12,613 nt of DNA from Amoeboradix gromovi X-113. Its lineage: Eukaryota; Fungi; Sanchytriomycota. Positions within the stretch are counted from its first letter, which is position 1. Every line of letters begins with the position of its first letter. Under the pieces are notes generated by a model. The model was not told the origin of the DNA. It saw only the letters and a program-made list of their open reading frames with translations, and ran no database searches. Location: assembly GCA_018985225.1 (NCBI GenBank), contig JADGIF010000257.1, forward strand, positions 1-12,613, given 5' to 3'. Both the position numbers and the translations under genes were made by a program. Shown here piece by piece: positions 1 through 9,800 of the stretch.

Positions 1-147
1 GAGGAATACAATTAATGAAAGCAAATTGGTATAATAGAAGAAGATCTTTTATTAGTGATAGCATTTCCTCCGTATGGAGCACCTCCTTTAAAAACGAGTT
101 AGTCTAGTTTTTATATTTGGTGTCCCATGTCTTAAGAAGGAGATAGC

Positions 148-700
148 CAAAAGAATTAATTGAATCGAATGCCATTAAATATGGTACGACTCTTGATTTT
201 CCTATTCTTTATGAACTACCCAAAAAGAAATTTACACCAATAAAAAGATTTGAGATCTTTAAATCCGTTGATACAATTTCATGTCTCTTGAGTAATTCAA
301 CCAGAAAATGGAAACTTTATTCCACCAAGGTGGAAGGATTAAGAAAGAAAATATAGAATGTTTAGGAGTGTTTAGTGGGACTTATAGATCTGTGTTAAGA
401 AAGATAATGAAAGAAGAAGTACTTATCGGGTTATGGTAGTTATAGTCATTTTAAAGGAATTCATACTAATGCATGCGTTATGTGATAGAGCTAGAATGAT
501 TATTACACCAGAATTTAGAACTTGAAGTTTGTGTTGCAAGTGTATCAAAGCCTAGAAAAGAGATGGTATCACTGAATGGTCAACGGCAATGCCGAACTAT
601 AAATTGTCTTATTTAGTTGATATATACACGAATGCATCAATAAAGATAGAACAAGCGGTAGAAATGAGCTTTTATGCAAAGATTCCTTTGGGAGACCCAT
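148..700 (+). pseudogene. Degraded Fanzor1-like (TnpB-family RuvC) nuclease, with stops and frameshifts; probably extends left of 148
   Basis: Across frames it reads EVLI-G-YGSYSHFKG (about 416-458), then LMHALCDRARMIITPEFRT*SLCCKC (RuvC-II Glu at 511, TGA at 523 in place of Ser, CxxC 532-543), then RQCRTINC (584-607), then DIYTNASIKI (619-648, decayed RD-NA-NI RuvC-III) and a GRP-like tail near 691-699. This matches the Fanzor1 order 'viayG..kG..vdEfrTS.lC..C..C..C..rD.NA..Ni..RP'. Confidence 0.75.
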
Positions 701-701
701 T

Positions 702-990
702 GTCTGCATCGAGAAAAATCCTATTAATGGAATGAGTCAGTTTCTGATTGTATGTCTCATGATGCTTGTGGATTTAGACAGATCTCTAGATTTTGATCGC
801 GTCTCGCATCTAAAACTTGCAATATTGGATTTTGTCAAATTTATAATACACTACTTCAGATCACGCAATTGACACTTGTGCACTAATATCTGATTAAAAG
901 CGAGATGACGAAGCAACTGCATCTCTCATCTGCTTCCTATGTGATTTACTCATCGCTTCTTGAATTGTGAACATTGGCAAACAAACCATC
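702..990 (-). mobile_element. Decayed Fanzor2/IS607-TnpB remnant (copy E); left boundary unresolved
   Basis: Minus strand gives VCLPMF (from about 986), then a frameshift, MQLLRHLAFNQILVHKCQLR (922-863, compare copy A MATMSHYAFKERLKFKCKQR), RDQ at 801-793 and a right-end-like gatttttctcgatgcagac (720-702) resembling gattttctcggaaatcaggac. Confidence 0.6.
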
Positions 991-1540
991 TGAAGCTGTG
1001 GAGAACAAGACAACTTTATAATTTGTAGTCGACTTTTGCTTTCTTCCGCCGATTTTTTACTACGCCGTATTTGACACACTAAACTTTTCCTTGGCTAGTA
1101 TCGCATGCACTGAGTGTATTTCATTGTCTCCAATTCCCTTGAGATTTAAAAGTCATTCCATTTTTAGGTGCTCACAAATGCACAACACGACATAAATGCT
1201 TTAAGGCCTTTATTTCTCGAAATCTTTAGATTGCCGTCAATGGATATCAATGATTATAAGTTCATATCTAGCGGTTACCATTAGATCAAAACCTGAAAGA
1301 TTTTTAGGGACTTCCGCAGCTTTATGTGCGAATTTCTGAATTGCTAAGATTATACTGTTGTTGCATTTTACTTGGAAAAACTCGAAGACTTGGATACTAA
1401 GAATATAAAATTTGGACGCAAAGACAGATTTATAGATGGAGTATCTTAATTTCTTGATGCAATTTTTCGATTGCTGAAGTCTATAACGTTTAATCCATCC
1501 AAAACTGTTTTCCCTTCTAGTATCGCCATGGCTCATACTA

Positions 1541-1645
1541 AAAGTCCTAGTTTTGGAAAAGATCAAGAGATGTTACAGGAAGACTGACAAAGCCTGTCAA
1601 CTAATTACACAAGCAACTGACGTAAACGTAACCCTGAGGTGGTAA
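1541..1645 (-). ncRNA. Putative omegaRNA scaffold of copy D
   Basis: Same position and similar length (about 105 nt) as the copy A scaffold. Starts ccacctcaggg, has a hairpin tgacag-gct-ttgtca (1599-1585) and ends aggacttt. Confidence 0.5.
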
Positions 1646-1760
1646 TAAATAAGAATGAATATATTTCAAGCTAGTGTTCTCTAATGGCATCTGGTCTCTA
1701 TCCAATTATAAATGACTTCTTCCAATGTTTTCAATATTTTCAGCGGCTAGAGGTCGTCAG
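1541..1760 (-). mobile_element. Fanzor2/IS607-TnpB remnant (copy D): nuclease C-terminus plus right end; may extend left to about 1870
   Basis: Minus strand gives IENIGRSH, then LDRDQMPLENTSLKYIHSYLLPPQG (1705-1631), which is homologous to NRDRMAARKIYIKYIHPYSIPPQC (copy B) and RNIYIKYMHTYSIPPQG (copy A). The terminal 24-mer gatcttttccaaaactaggacttt (1564-1541) matches the copy A end at 18/24. Confidence 0.78.
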
Positions 1761-1900
1761 AGATTGATTCTAGTAATTTATTATGGAATGAAATGCGACT
1801 AAAAATAATTCCGTTAAATTAAAGGCTGAGTTTCTTGCATAGATACCACACCGTTTCAACGGCAAGACTGAGGCGCTATGATTTTTTAAAACAAAATAAA

Positions 1901-2618
1901 ATGTCAAATAATGGATCCAAGGACGGAAAAGAATCTAGAGATATGTCACCATTTAAGTGGGAGTCCAAGAGAAGCGACTCACCCATTCCTTTTTCCAAGC
2001 TAAATTATGTCCCAAAGAACGTATCTATGGATTGCGAAGAACTAAGAGTGAAAAGAATAAGTGAAGCGGTGAGAACTATACTAGACTGTATTGGTGAGGA
2101 CCCAGAAAGAGAAGGGTTGTTGAAGACACCCGAAAGATATGCAAAAGCGTTAATGTATTTTACGAATGGATACACAGTCGACATGAAGGAAGTCATAAAC
2201 GGCGCTCTATTTCATGAGGATCATGATGAAATGGTCATTGTAAAGGATATTGATATATTTTCAATGTGTGAGCATCACATGGTACCATTCAGCGGGAAGG
2301 TTCACATTGGGTATATTCCGAATGAGCGGGTCTTAGGTTTATCAAAATTAGCCAGAATAGCTGAAGTCTATGCTCGTAGACTGCAAGTGCAGGAAAGGTT
2401 GACTAAACAGATTGCTGTGGCATTGATGAAGATTCTAGAGCCTCAAGGTATTTTGATTTAATATAGGCGTTGCCGTCGTAGTAGAATGCTGTCATTTTTG
2501 CATGATGATGAGAGGTGTACAGAAGACACAGGCAAAAACGATAACCTCATCAATGCATGGCGTTTTCCGTAACGATTCAAAGACGAGAGAAGAATTCTTT
2601 TCAATCATTAATAAATAA
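1901..2618 (+). CDS. GCH1: GTP cyclohydrolase I, join(1901..2447,2467..2618), 232 aa
   Basis: Motifs [34 protein letters not shown] and [23 protein letters not shown] are present. Removing the 19-nt intron restores the conserved C-terminus [52 protein letters not shown]. The first ATG is at 1901; the ORF-track start at 1835 is a TTG. Confidence 0.97.
2448..2466 (+). other. 19-nt spliceosomal intron in GCH1
   Basis: gtattttgatttaatatag: GT..AG, contains the in-frame TAA, and its removal restores the PQG-VAVV motif. Confidence 0.95.
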
Positions 2619-2642
2619 TTTGAACACTTGATATTCGTCATT

Positions 2643-3660
2643 TTATAAGTCTATTTTTTTATTAATATGCTTTTGCAAATGATACGTTGGTTCTGCTAAT
2701 TTTGGAATTATTTTGTACAACTTCTTTTTGGTTATGTTGCCATTGTCATCCATAGCAGTTATTTCGCCATCTGAAATTACCTCGTGTGGTAATTTTAAAT
2801 CAAACCCTTTTGGCGATCGGATCACTCGTTCCATTAATTTGTTTTCTCCACTTGGGACACTTCAAAAACTAGGCAAACTCTAAAACATGCCTCTAACGTA
2901 GGCATATTTAAGTAGAAATGTCACATATTTTATGATCTATTCTCTAGACGATTATTCTCTTTTACATTCGTCTGCTTTGCGACTCAAGTCTTTCTATAAC
3001 CTGAATATTCCTACAATATACATGCACATAACTATCCACGGCCAAATTATAGTGGGTGCGTCAGTATAAACTTAAACTTCTACAAGATATTTGGATGCTC
3101 CTATGCTTGCCATCTTTCCTATGAAAGCTACAGTATCATTGAGGAGTGTTCATTCTTAGTGCAAATGCTTTCCTTCAAAGAGAATGGTTCGGTTTCTTGT
3201 TTTGGACATTAAAAAGACTCTTTCTGTAGTGCTTGCAACTGCAGTCATTATAGAAATCACTTTTTCAAAAGTTTATCACTCTAAATGGTCTTTATGCTTT
3301 ATCTCTAATTTTGTTTAGTATTCGTAGCAGATTCCTTTCTTAGCACAAGCTCTCTATGGACTGAGTCATAGTTTCTTGAAAATCCTTGTCTTAATACTAT
3401 TTTCTGATAGGATTTGTGTAATATTGATTTGGGAACTTACTTAATAGGGTTAACACATCTAATAACTCAACAGCATACCCTTCTTTGTCATCTCCTTTTA
3501 TCAGCAACCTACTTTCGTAAAACAGGTCTTATTAGCAGTCATCAAGTTTAAATCGTCGACTGCGACTTTCATGAGCCATATCAATCCAATTTTCCTTTTC
3601 CTATAGTTCTCTAATTGAAGAAACACAGGATACTCAGTTCTTCTGATCTCTAGAAATTGT
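2643..3660 (-). pseudogene. Possible degraded coding sequence of unknown origin
   Basis: The minus strand is purine-rich with several short protein-like open stretches broken by stops or frameshifts, e.g. FLEIRRTEYPVFLQLENYRKRK, FYESRLLIKGDDKEGYAVELLDVLTLL and the 63-aa ORF at 2834-2643. No family recognised. Confidence 0.3.
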
Positions 3661-3761
3661 ACCCAACTCACCACAGTCAGTGCGTGTCATATCTAAATAC
3701 ATAATCAAGCGACATAGAATATACTTTTACGCCCGAAATAGTGTCAAGAGGTTATCGCCTA

Positions 3762-3991
3762 AAGAAAGGAAAAGATATCGGTGAGTGTGATGGAGAATTC
3801 ACTAGTCGAGCATGTACTTCATGCGGCACTCTGAAGAACAAACTGTCATCACAATTGGGTAGAGACTATGTGACAGCAAACTCGTAAAGTTCCGTCTTAG
3901 ATAGTGGAATGGAGAGCAAGCACCCATGCGAAGCGACAGCGCTGCTAGTTTCTTTCAGCAAATTAATGATTTTCTCGGAAACCAGGATTTT
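3762..3991 (+). mobile_element. Fanzor2/IS607-TnpB remnant (copy C); left boundary unresolved, possibly near 3673
   Basis: 3762-3887 reads KKGKDIGECDGEFTSRACTSCGTLKNKLSSQLGRDYVTANS*, matching the RuvC-II/zinc-finger motif 'cdEeyTS.tCt.CG' with the catalytic Glu position as Gly, the second CxxC deleted and a decayed DRD. The terminal 24-mer 3968-3991 matches 11408-11431 at 22/24. Confidence 0.85.
3888..3991 (+). ncRNA. Putative omegaRNA scaffold of copy C
   Basis: Colinear with the copy A scaffold: ttccgtcttag/tcccgcctcag, tagtggaatggagagcaagcac/tagtgaaagcgtgagcaatcac, tagtttct, and gattttctcggaaa(c/t)cagga(t/c)ttt. Confidence 0.6.
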
Positions 3992-4011
3992 TAATTAGAT
4001 GTTTAAAACAA

Positions 4012-6793
4012 ATGTTACTTGCTCTTTCAAGTGTTCAGAACTCAAATAAGGAAGAAGTATTCAGTTACTTGGAAAGGATACTGATAGAATGGATACCTCA
4101 TGAATTAATTAGTATTCCAACTGATGTGTCTAAAAGATTGTGCGAGATTATAGTTGGAAAATGGATTCAGTTCTTAGAAACAGAAATCCAAATGATGACA
4201 TTTAATCTGAATTTGAATGATTCAATAGATTATTTGATGTCTAGAGAATCAAAGATAACTCAGTACTATGACATTATTGAGTTTGAACTAATAAAACCGG
4301 AAATATTGCAAATTCAAGATTCATACGTTTGGAACCAACTGCAGCTAATTCAGAAGACCATGATAGAGTTTAAAATAAACTGCAGCAATATGATAAAAGC
4401 ACTTGAATGTTTTTTAAAATTTAGAGGTAGCATGCATGACTGCATTTTATACCCTGAAATTATGGGATTGCTGTACACTTGCAATTCGGAGCTAAATTTA
4501 AGCACTCCTCAGACGGAATTACTATTTCATATTCTGACATGGTCCATTCGACAAGAATGCTTAGAATTATACGTTAAGGGCATGAATTTAAGTAACTTTA
4601 CAACTCGCTCAGCATATCAAGTCCTACACTCTTTTCAGTGCTTTTTGGAGGTATTTCACAGATTTGATGAACTCGATGCTTTTCATAGCGCAGTTACCCG
4701 CAACAACTCAGCTTATTTGTTAAAAGAGGTTAACCAGAGTTTATTGTTCATGAATGACATTGTGTATGTATGCAAAGCAGCAGATTCGTGCTCTTTTGAC
4801 GAAATTCAAAGTAAAATCGACAGTTTTAGTGGATCATTACTGGAAAATAGTTTAGTGAACCTAAAAGCCCAATTCTTGATTTGTTTTGGTGAGCTTGGTA
4901 AGTTATCTAATCTTTTGTTTGTTTCGATTTATGAGAATTGGAGAGCAAATTTTGTAATATTTAAATTAAAATGGGTAGTAATAGAGCAGAACATTATAGG
5001 AGTCATCAATCAGTGCTTGGAAAGCACGGATTCAATAGAACGCAGAATATCGATACTTACCTTGTTCAGAAGTTATAGATTAAGCGAAAAATGTGTTTTG
5101 TTTCTAGATATTCAAAAAAAGTCTGCTTACGACCTTATATGCTTCAGATTGCGAAACTTGAGGAAATCTTTTGATCTTAGAAAATTAGAGCCAGAAATCC
5201 CAATAGGACAATTCAAATATTGCGGGTCTGCAAACTGGGCACTCAGATACATGGATCAGACTAAATACTTGGAGCTGCTAGTAAAGTCAATAAATTTACT
5301 TGATTTGCAAGAGATAGAAAGTTTTAAGCAGCATATTCGAGTCTATGTCAGTGATACATTTCAAATGTGGAAATCTACTTTGGCAGATGACATGGATTTA
5401 TACCTGAAATACCCTATATTAGATTTGGATAGCAAAAACTCAATGACTGCTAATCTGGATTTAAAGTTTCAAAATGCCATAAACGAGGGAATCGCGTGGA
5501 AAAAAATAGGATTCGAATTGCCAGACAGATTTCAATTTTACATTTCAAATTTCTCAGAGATCGTGCAAGCATATGATAAGGTAAACGATATATGCTTAAA
5601 ATACAACGGAATATTGGAGCAGGCAGGGACAGATTTTGAGTGCTTATTTACACCACTAAAGAAAGAGGTACTAAATTCATGCCAAAAAGGTTTATATGAT
5701 TTAACTTGGAATAACTTATTAGAAGTATTTACTTTTTGTAAAAACTCGTCATTTAGTTTAGTAAATTTGTCACAAATTTGCACAAAATCAAGGAAGTTCC
5801 TGACCAGCTTTGCAAAACGAGTAGAAACTATAAAGCTCTACGGCATCATGGAAAAGGTTACAGCGCCTGCAGATGGAGTCATTGTTGAAGAATTCATTCA
5901 GCTGTTAAACGATGAATTACAGCAGCTTATACAACAATTTAAAGCCATATTTAAAGAGACTGAGACGTTAAGAAGCAATTTACAAAAAACCCTAAGATAT
6001 TTTACGGAAGAGATTTGGTCAAATGTAAAGAAAGAATTAAACAAGGCAATATATAACACACTTTTACAGTTGGAGACCAATATTTGCAAAGAATTGATTT
6101 TACTATTGTCTAAAGATGCATCTGACCAAAATGAAGACAATTTACAGTTACTTCTTACTGTTAAATTAGACAGCAGTAATAAAATGACAATTTTACCTCC
6201 AGAGAATGTCATAATTGAGCAATTCGTTACTTTCAGCAAAGTGTGCCATGATGAACTCGGCAGGTTGATGGGTGAGTGCAAAAATATACAATCTAAGACA
6301 CCAGTACACCTGACGCATAATATCTCAGAATATTATGCAAGTTGCGAATTTTCATTGGACGTTTATAACCAATTTAAGGATATTTATGAACTAAATAAAG
6401 ATGCTTATGTTCGGCGTTTTAATAAACAAAACCCTTCAATAGATGCGTTTGATGCTGAAATCCAGCGTTACTATGAGTTCATGGTTCAGATTAATTCGAA
6501 AATTGAAACTATTCAAAGCGTCAATCTTTTCTCTTTAAACCACCAAGACTCAAAACAAAGCATAGTTTTACATTGTGTACAATGGCAAGTAAGTTCTTTA
6601 ATTAATTTAGGATAAGCTTAAAGAGCTGCTTCACACCAACACTGCAAAAAACGTGGACTCGCTCACACAATTAAATTATTCATTGGTGTCAAAAGAGATT
6701 GATGAGCAAATTCGCATTCTTGACAAGCACAATTATGACACAAAGTCTATATCTAACAAGTATAAGCAAGCTATGCTGAGACTAATTAAGTAG
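4012..6793 (+). CDS. Axonemal dynein heavy chain N-terminal tail only (DNAH2/inner-arm I1-beta-like, DHC_N1 region), join(4012..6588,6611..6793), 919 aa, no AAA motor
   Basis: Segments LERILIEW, KYCGSANWALR, WKKIGFELP, GLYDLTW and DIYELNKDAYVRRFNKQNPSIDAFDAEIQRY...KQSIVLHCVQWQ|DKLKELL...IDEQIRILDKH resemble the DNAH2 tail as I recall it (EIWEINKDSFI.RY..LNP...F.ADI.RY...HC.EWQNKF..LL...IHEQF.ILEKY). Stop TAG at 6791-6793; no Walker A motif seen. Confidence 0.82.
6589..6610 (+). other. 22-nt spliceosomal intron in the dynein-tail gene
   Basis: gtaagttctttaattaatttag: canonical GTAAGT donor, phase 0; removal opens a further 60 codons that continue the dynein similarity. Confidence 0.9.
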
Positions 6794-6817
6794 CGCAGTG
6801 TAATAAATAGTTTCTAT

Positions 6818-9800
6818 TTATTCATTTGCAATTATAGGGGAATTCGGAGTAGATGCCTCTATTTCAAGTATCTCTGACTTCTGTGCGCTGTTATCGTCAA
6901 TGTTCTCTGCAATCAGTTTTTCTTGGATACATTTGTCGTAAAACTTGGTTAGTTTTTCAGCATCGTTGCAAAAATCTCTCAGTTTCTTCAAACACTCGCT
7001 TGTATGATCAATCTCTAATGGCTTCCCGTATATGTCTTGACCATCGTACCTACATTATTAAAATATACATTGGATTCTCTATCCATTTCATCTCATTGTT
7101 TCCTGGTTTAAACAACAGAAAACAAGCACCCGTCCTGTGGACATATTGTGAGTATTCTGTAGCAGTTTTAATATGCGAGAATGTCAGTTTATAAGACTCT
7201 GGGAACAAGTTGTCGCTTTCAATGTCTAAAATATAATTCAATTCCAATGCCAATTGCCCAAGAAAAAATCCCACTGGCATATGTGATACGTAGAACTGTT
7301 CTAATTTAGCAGCGTCAGGTGGAGCCACAGCGAACCTAACAACAAAGGGCTTCCTAAATGGATTGTTTTCCCCCAGTAGAATTGTCTGCTCACTAGGCGT
7401 TTCCACTAGCTTAAAGCCTGTGGCAGAAGCACTTCTAGTCCAACTGTGGACCAGATTCTCAACATAAAAACTGCTGCTTAACAGCCAGTGTATTTGAAAA
7501 TGAAAGCATATTTTAGGGTTATGAATGGTATCAAAATGTAGCACACATAGCTGTCTGTTATCCGCATCGGTATGCTTGTTGGCATCGATCATCATTTTTT
7601 CCGAAATTCTAAATTTTTTAGTAGCGCTCCCCAGTAAGGATTTTGTTTTATCGCTAATCGAATCTATGCTATTTGACTTTGATCGAATAAACCACCCAAA
7701 TGATCTGTCTCTGTTTGTTTCATGAAATTGTGGCGACAGTCGATAAAAATAGTGACCATCGAGTAGTGTATGCTTGGCTTTTACGTGTTCAAATAGTCCC
7801 TTATTAAACATATCATTACCATATTCTACCGCTTCTTCCCTGGTTGTAATATCCTGAAAAGTTCGAATTAAGAAATCTACAAAGTCACTCCCGACAAAAA
7901 CTCGTTCATAAAACCTTAAGTGCCATCTTCGATCTTTAAAATTCAGACCATTAACCGGATCTGTCATTAGTCTTGCTACTTGCTCTATTGTTGCAGTTTT
8001 CTTTGTGCAATCGCTTGAAATATCCTCGTTATTCAGTATCACATCTTCTACTGGTTTTTGCAGCTCGTTTTTAACATGAGAGGCCGCCGAGAAAGTTGTC
8101 ATTGATATTCCTAGATGATTCACACTGTCTTGCAATTTCTTCATTCCTTTGACATTTGAGACTGGAACATCGTTAGTGTCCCTATATTGGACCTTGACAA
8201 AATTTTCCAAAAACCTTAGAAACCCTGCGATTCGTAACTCCTCTTCATCCAAGGACTCGTTTTTAGGATTGATTAACGACAAATTATTGGGAGGCGCTTC
8301 TGCTGGTATTAGTATATATCTAGTTCTATAGAAGGACAAGCTTTTTAGCGAGCTATCGGTAGACCAACCACTAATTAGCTGATCTAGATTATTCCAATTA
8401 TATTGGTCAAAACCAGGATAGTTGAATTCTGTTTGGCAGTCAAACGATTGGAATTGTGTAAATAACGAATACTTATACAAAATAGGCTGTCTATCATAGT
8501 TTAACTGCTTTATGTATCTGGTTACCTGTATGCTGTTGCTAGGATAGTCTATAGCTATCTTGTGGACTTCTCTACTTCTCGTTAACTTTAGCCTCTCAAC
8601 AGTTGTGTTTTTTGTAGGTATCACATATACCTGAGTAGGGCTACTGTATAAGGACGGATTTAATCGCGACTTGAAAAAAGACTTGTCATCCTTATAATAT
8701 TCTACTACAGGTCGCTCAATTTTTGTAGTATCTGGTGGAGAGTTAGAAATAGTAACAGCAGATGGAATGGGATTCAAATGAAGTTGAAACCCCTCAGACA
8801 GTCGAATATAGAGCATATTCTTTAACTGCTCCTCTAACGCTTCACCATCATTGTGCGTACTATCGATGCTGATTGACTTTTTTACCAAACTAACACCTTC
8901 ATTAGAACCACCATTAGAGATGCTATAGTTGTACTCTAAATAACTAGATTGTAGTTCAGGTTTAAGTGGAAATGATTTTACAGTTACTGGCATACAGGCT
9001 GGACAAATAATAGAAGACCATTTAACTTGAGCTACTTTATATTTATTAAACTCATCCTCTAGATAGAAGTGTTCCCACCTTTTGGATGAATTGGAATCGT
9101 TCTGCATCACCCGTTGTAATCCCATCATGGGTGAACTATTGGGCAGGGATGGAGTTAAAAACCCGGATTGTTTGTTATACGACTTACTTGGACTACCAAA
9201 TAGTCCGCTTGACTCCCTACTTTGAACATCTTTTTGAACACGCTTAGCCCATTTTATGTCGTTATATTTAATACGTTGATTCTTGTTGACTTGTATATCA
9301 ATAGGAATAGCAGTATTCTCCAGTCCATCTGATTTAAATGATTTGCTACCAGGGCTGCCGTCACTCAAGGATATGTTTGACTGATATGAGCTTGATAAAT
9401 CAAATTTTGGTGATTTTGTAGATTTCTCCCAAGGCAAGCTGAAGTTGTCAATAGTGATTGATTCCTGGAATACGGATTCGTCGTAAGCATTTGTTTCTGT
9501 AGACTTGAACTGAATATCCTGTATTTTGTAGGCTTTATGAAAGTGCTTCAACTTTAGATTTAAGTACGGCTCCCTAGGTATAACAATAGACGAGTTCTGA
9601 TTTAAATAGGTCTTGGACTTTGTAAATGTGCAAGCAGTGTAATACGAAATATCCAGCCACTCTGGTTGATAAAACAACCAACCTGAATCATGCATATCAT
9701 CAGAATCACTGTACAAGGGGTCATTTGAGGCAGTACTAGTTTTCTGCTGTTGATCATTAAAGTTAAATTGTCTCAATATCGGCAGGAATGCGAAGACTGG

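Noticed and set aside
894-1079. 61-aa minus ORF as a gene
   Set aside because: Non-ATG start; its LPMF portion is a frameshifted piece of the Fanzor2 remnant.
1237-1566. 109-aa minus ORF as a gene or IS607 TnpA fragment
   Set aside because: Its start lies in the copy D right end. ILSIQVF and FEFFQ only faintly recall TnpA, too weakly to call.
1835-1900. N-terminal extension of GCH1
   Set aside because: TTG start in a eukaryotic gene; the ATG at 1901 has an A-rich context.
2005-2196. Antisense ORF within GCH1
   Set aside because: Shadow of the real gene.
2459-2461. Stop-codon reassignment to explain the truncated ORFs
   Set aside because: The conserved C-termini are in different frames and are restored exactly by GT-AG introns; the long ORFs translate under the standard code.
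3571-3579. atgagccat also occurs in the copy D putative guide
   Set aside because: A 9-nt match is too short to indicate a target and could easily be chance.
5538-6281. Two antisense ORFs within the dynein-tail gene
   Set aside because: Shadow ORFs with no independent motifs.
6853-8331. Plus-strand ORFs 6853-7194, 7525-7725 and 8149-8331
   Set aside because: Antisense to IML1 exons, including its spliced last exon; 6853-7194 shows no dynein similarity.
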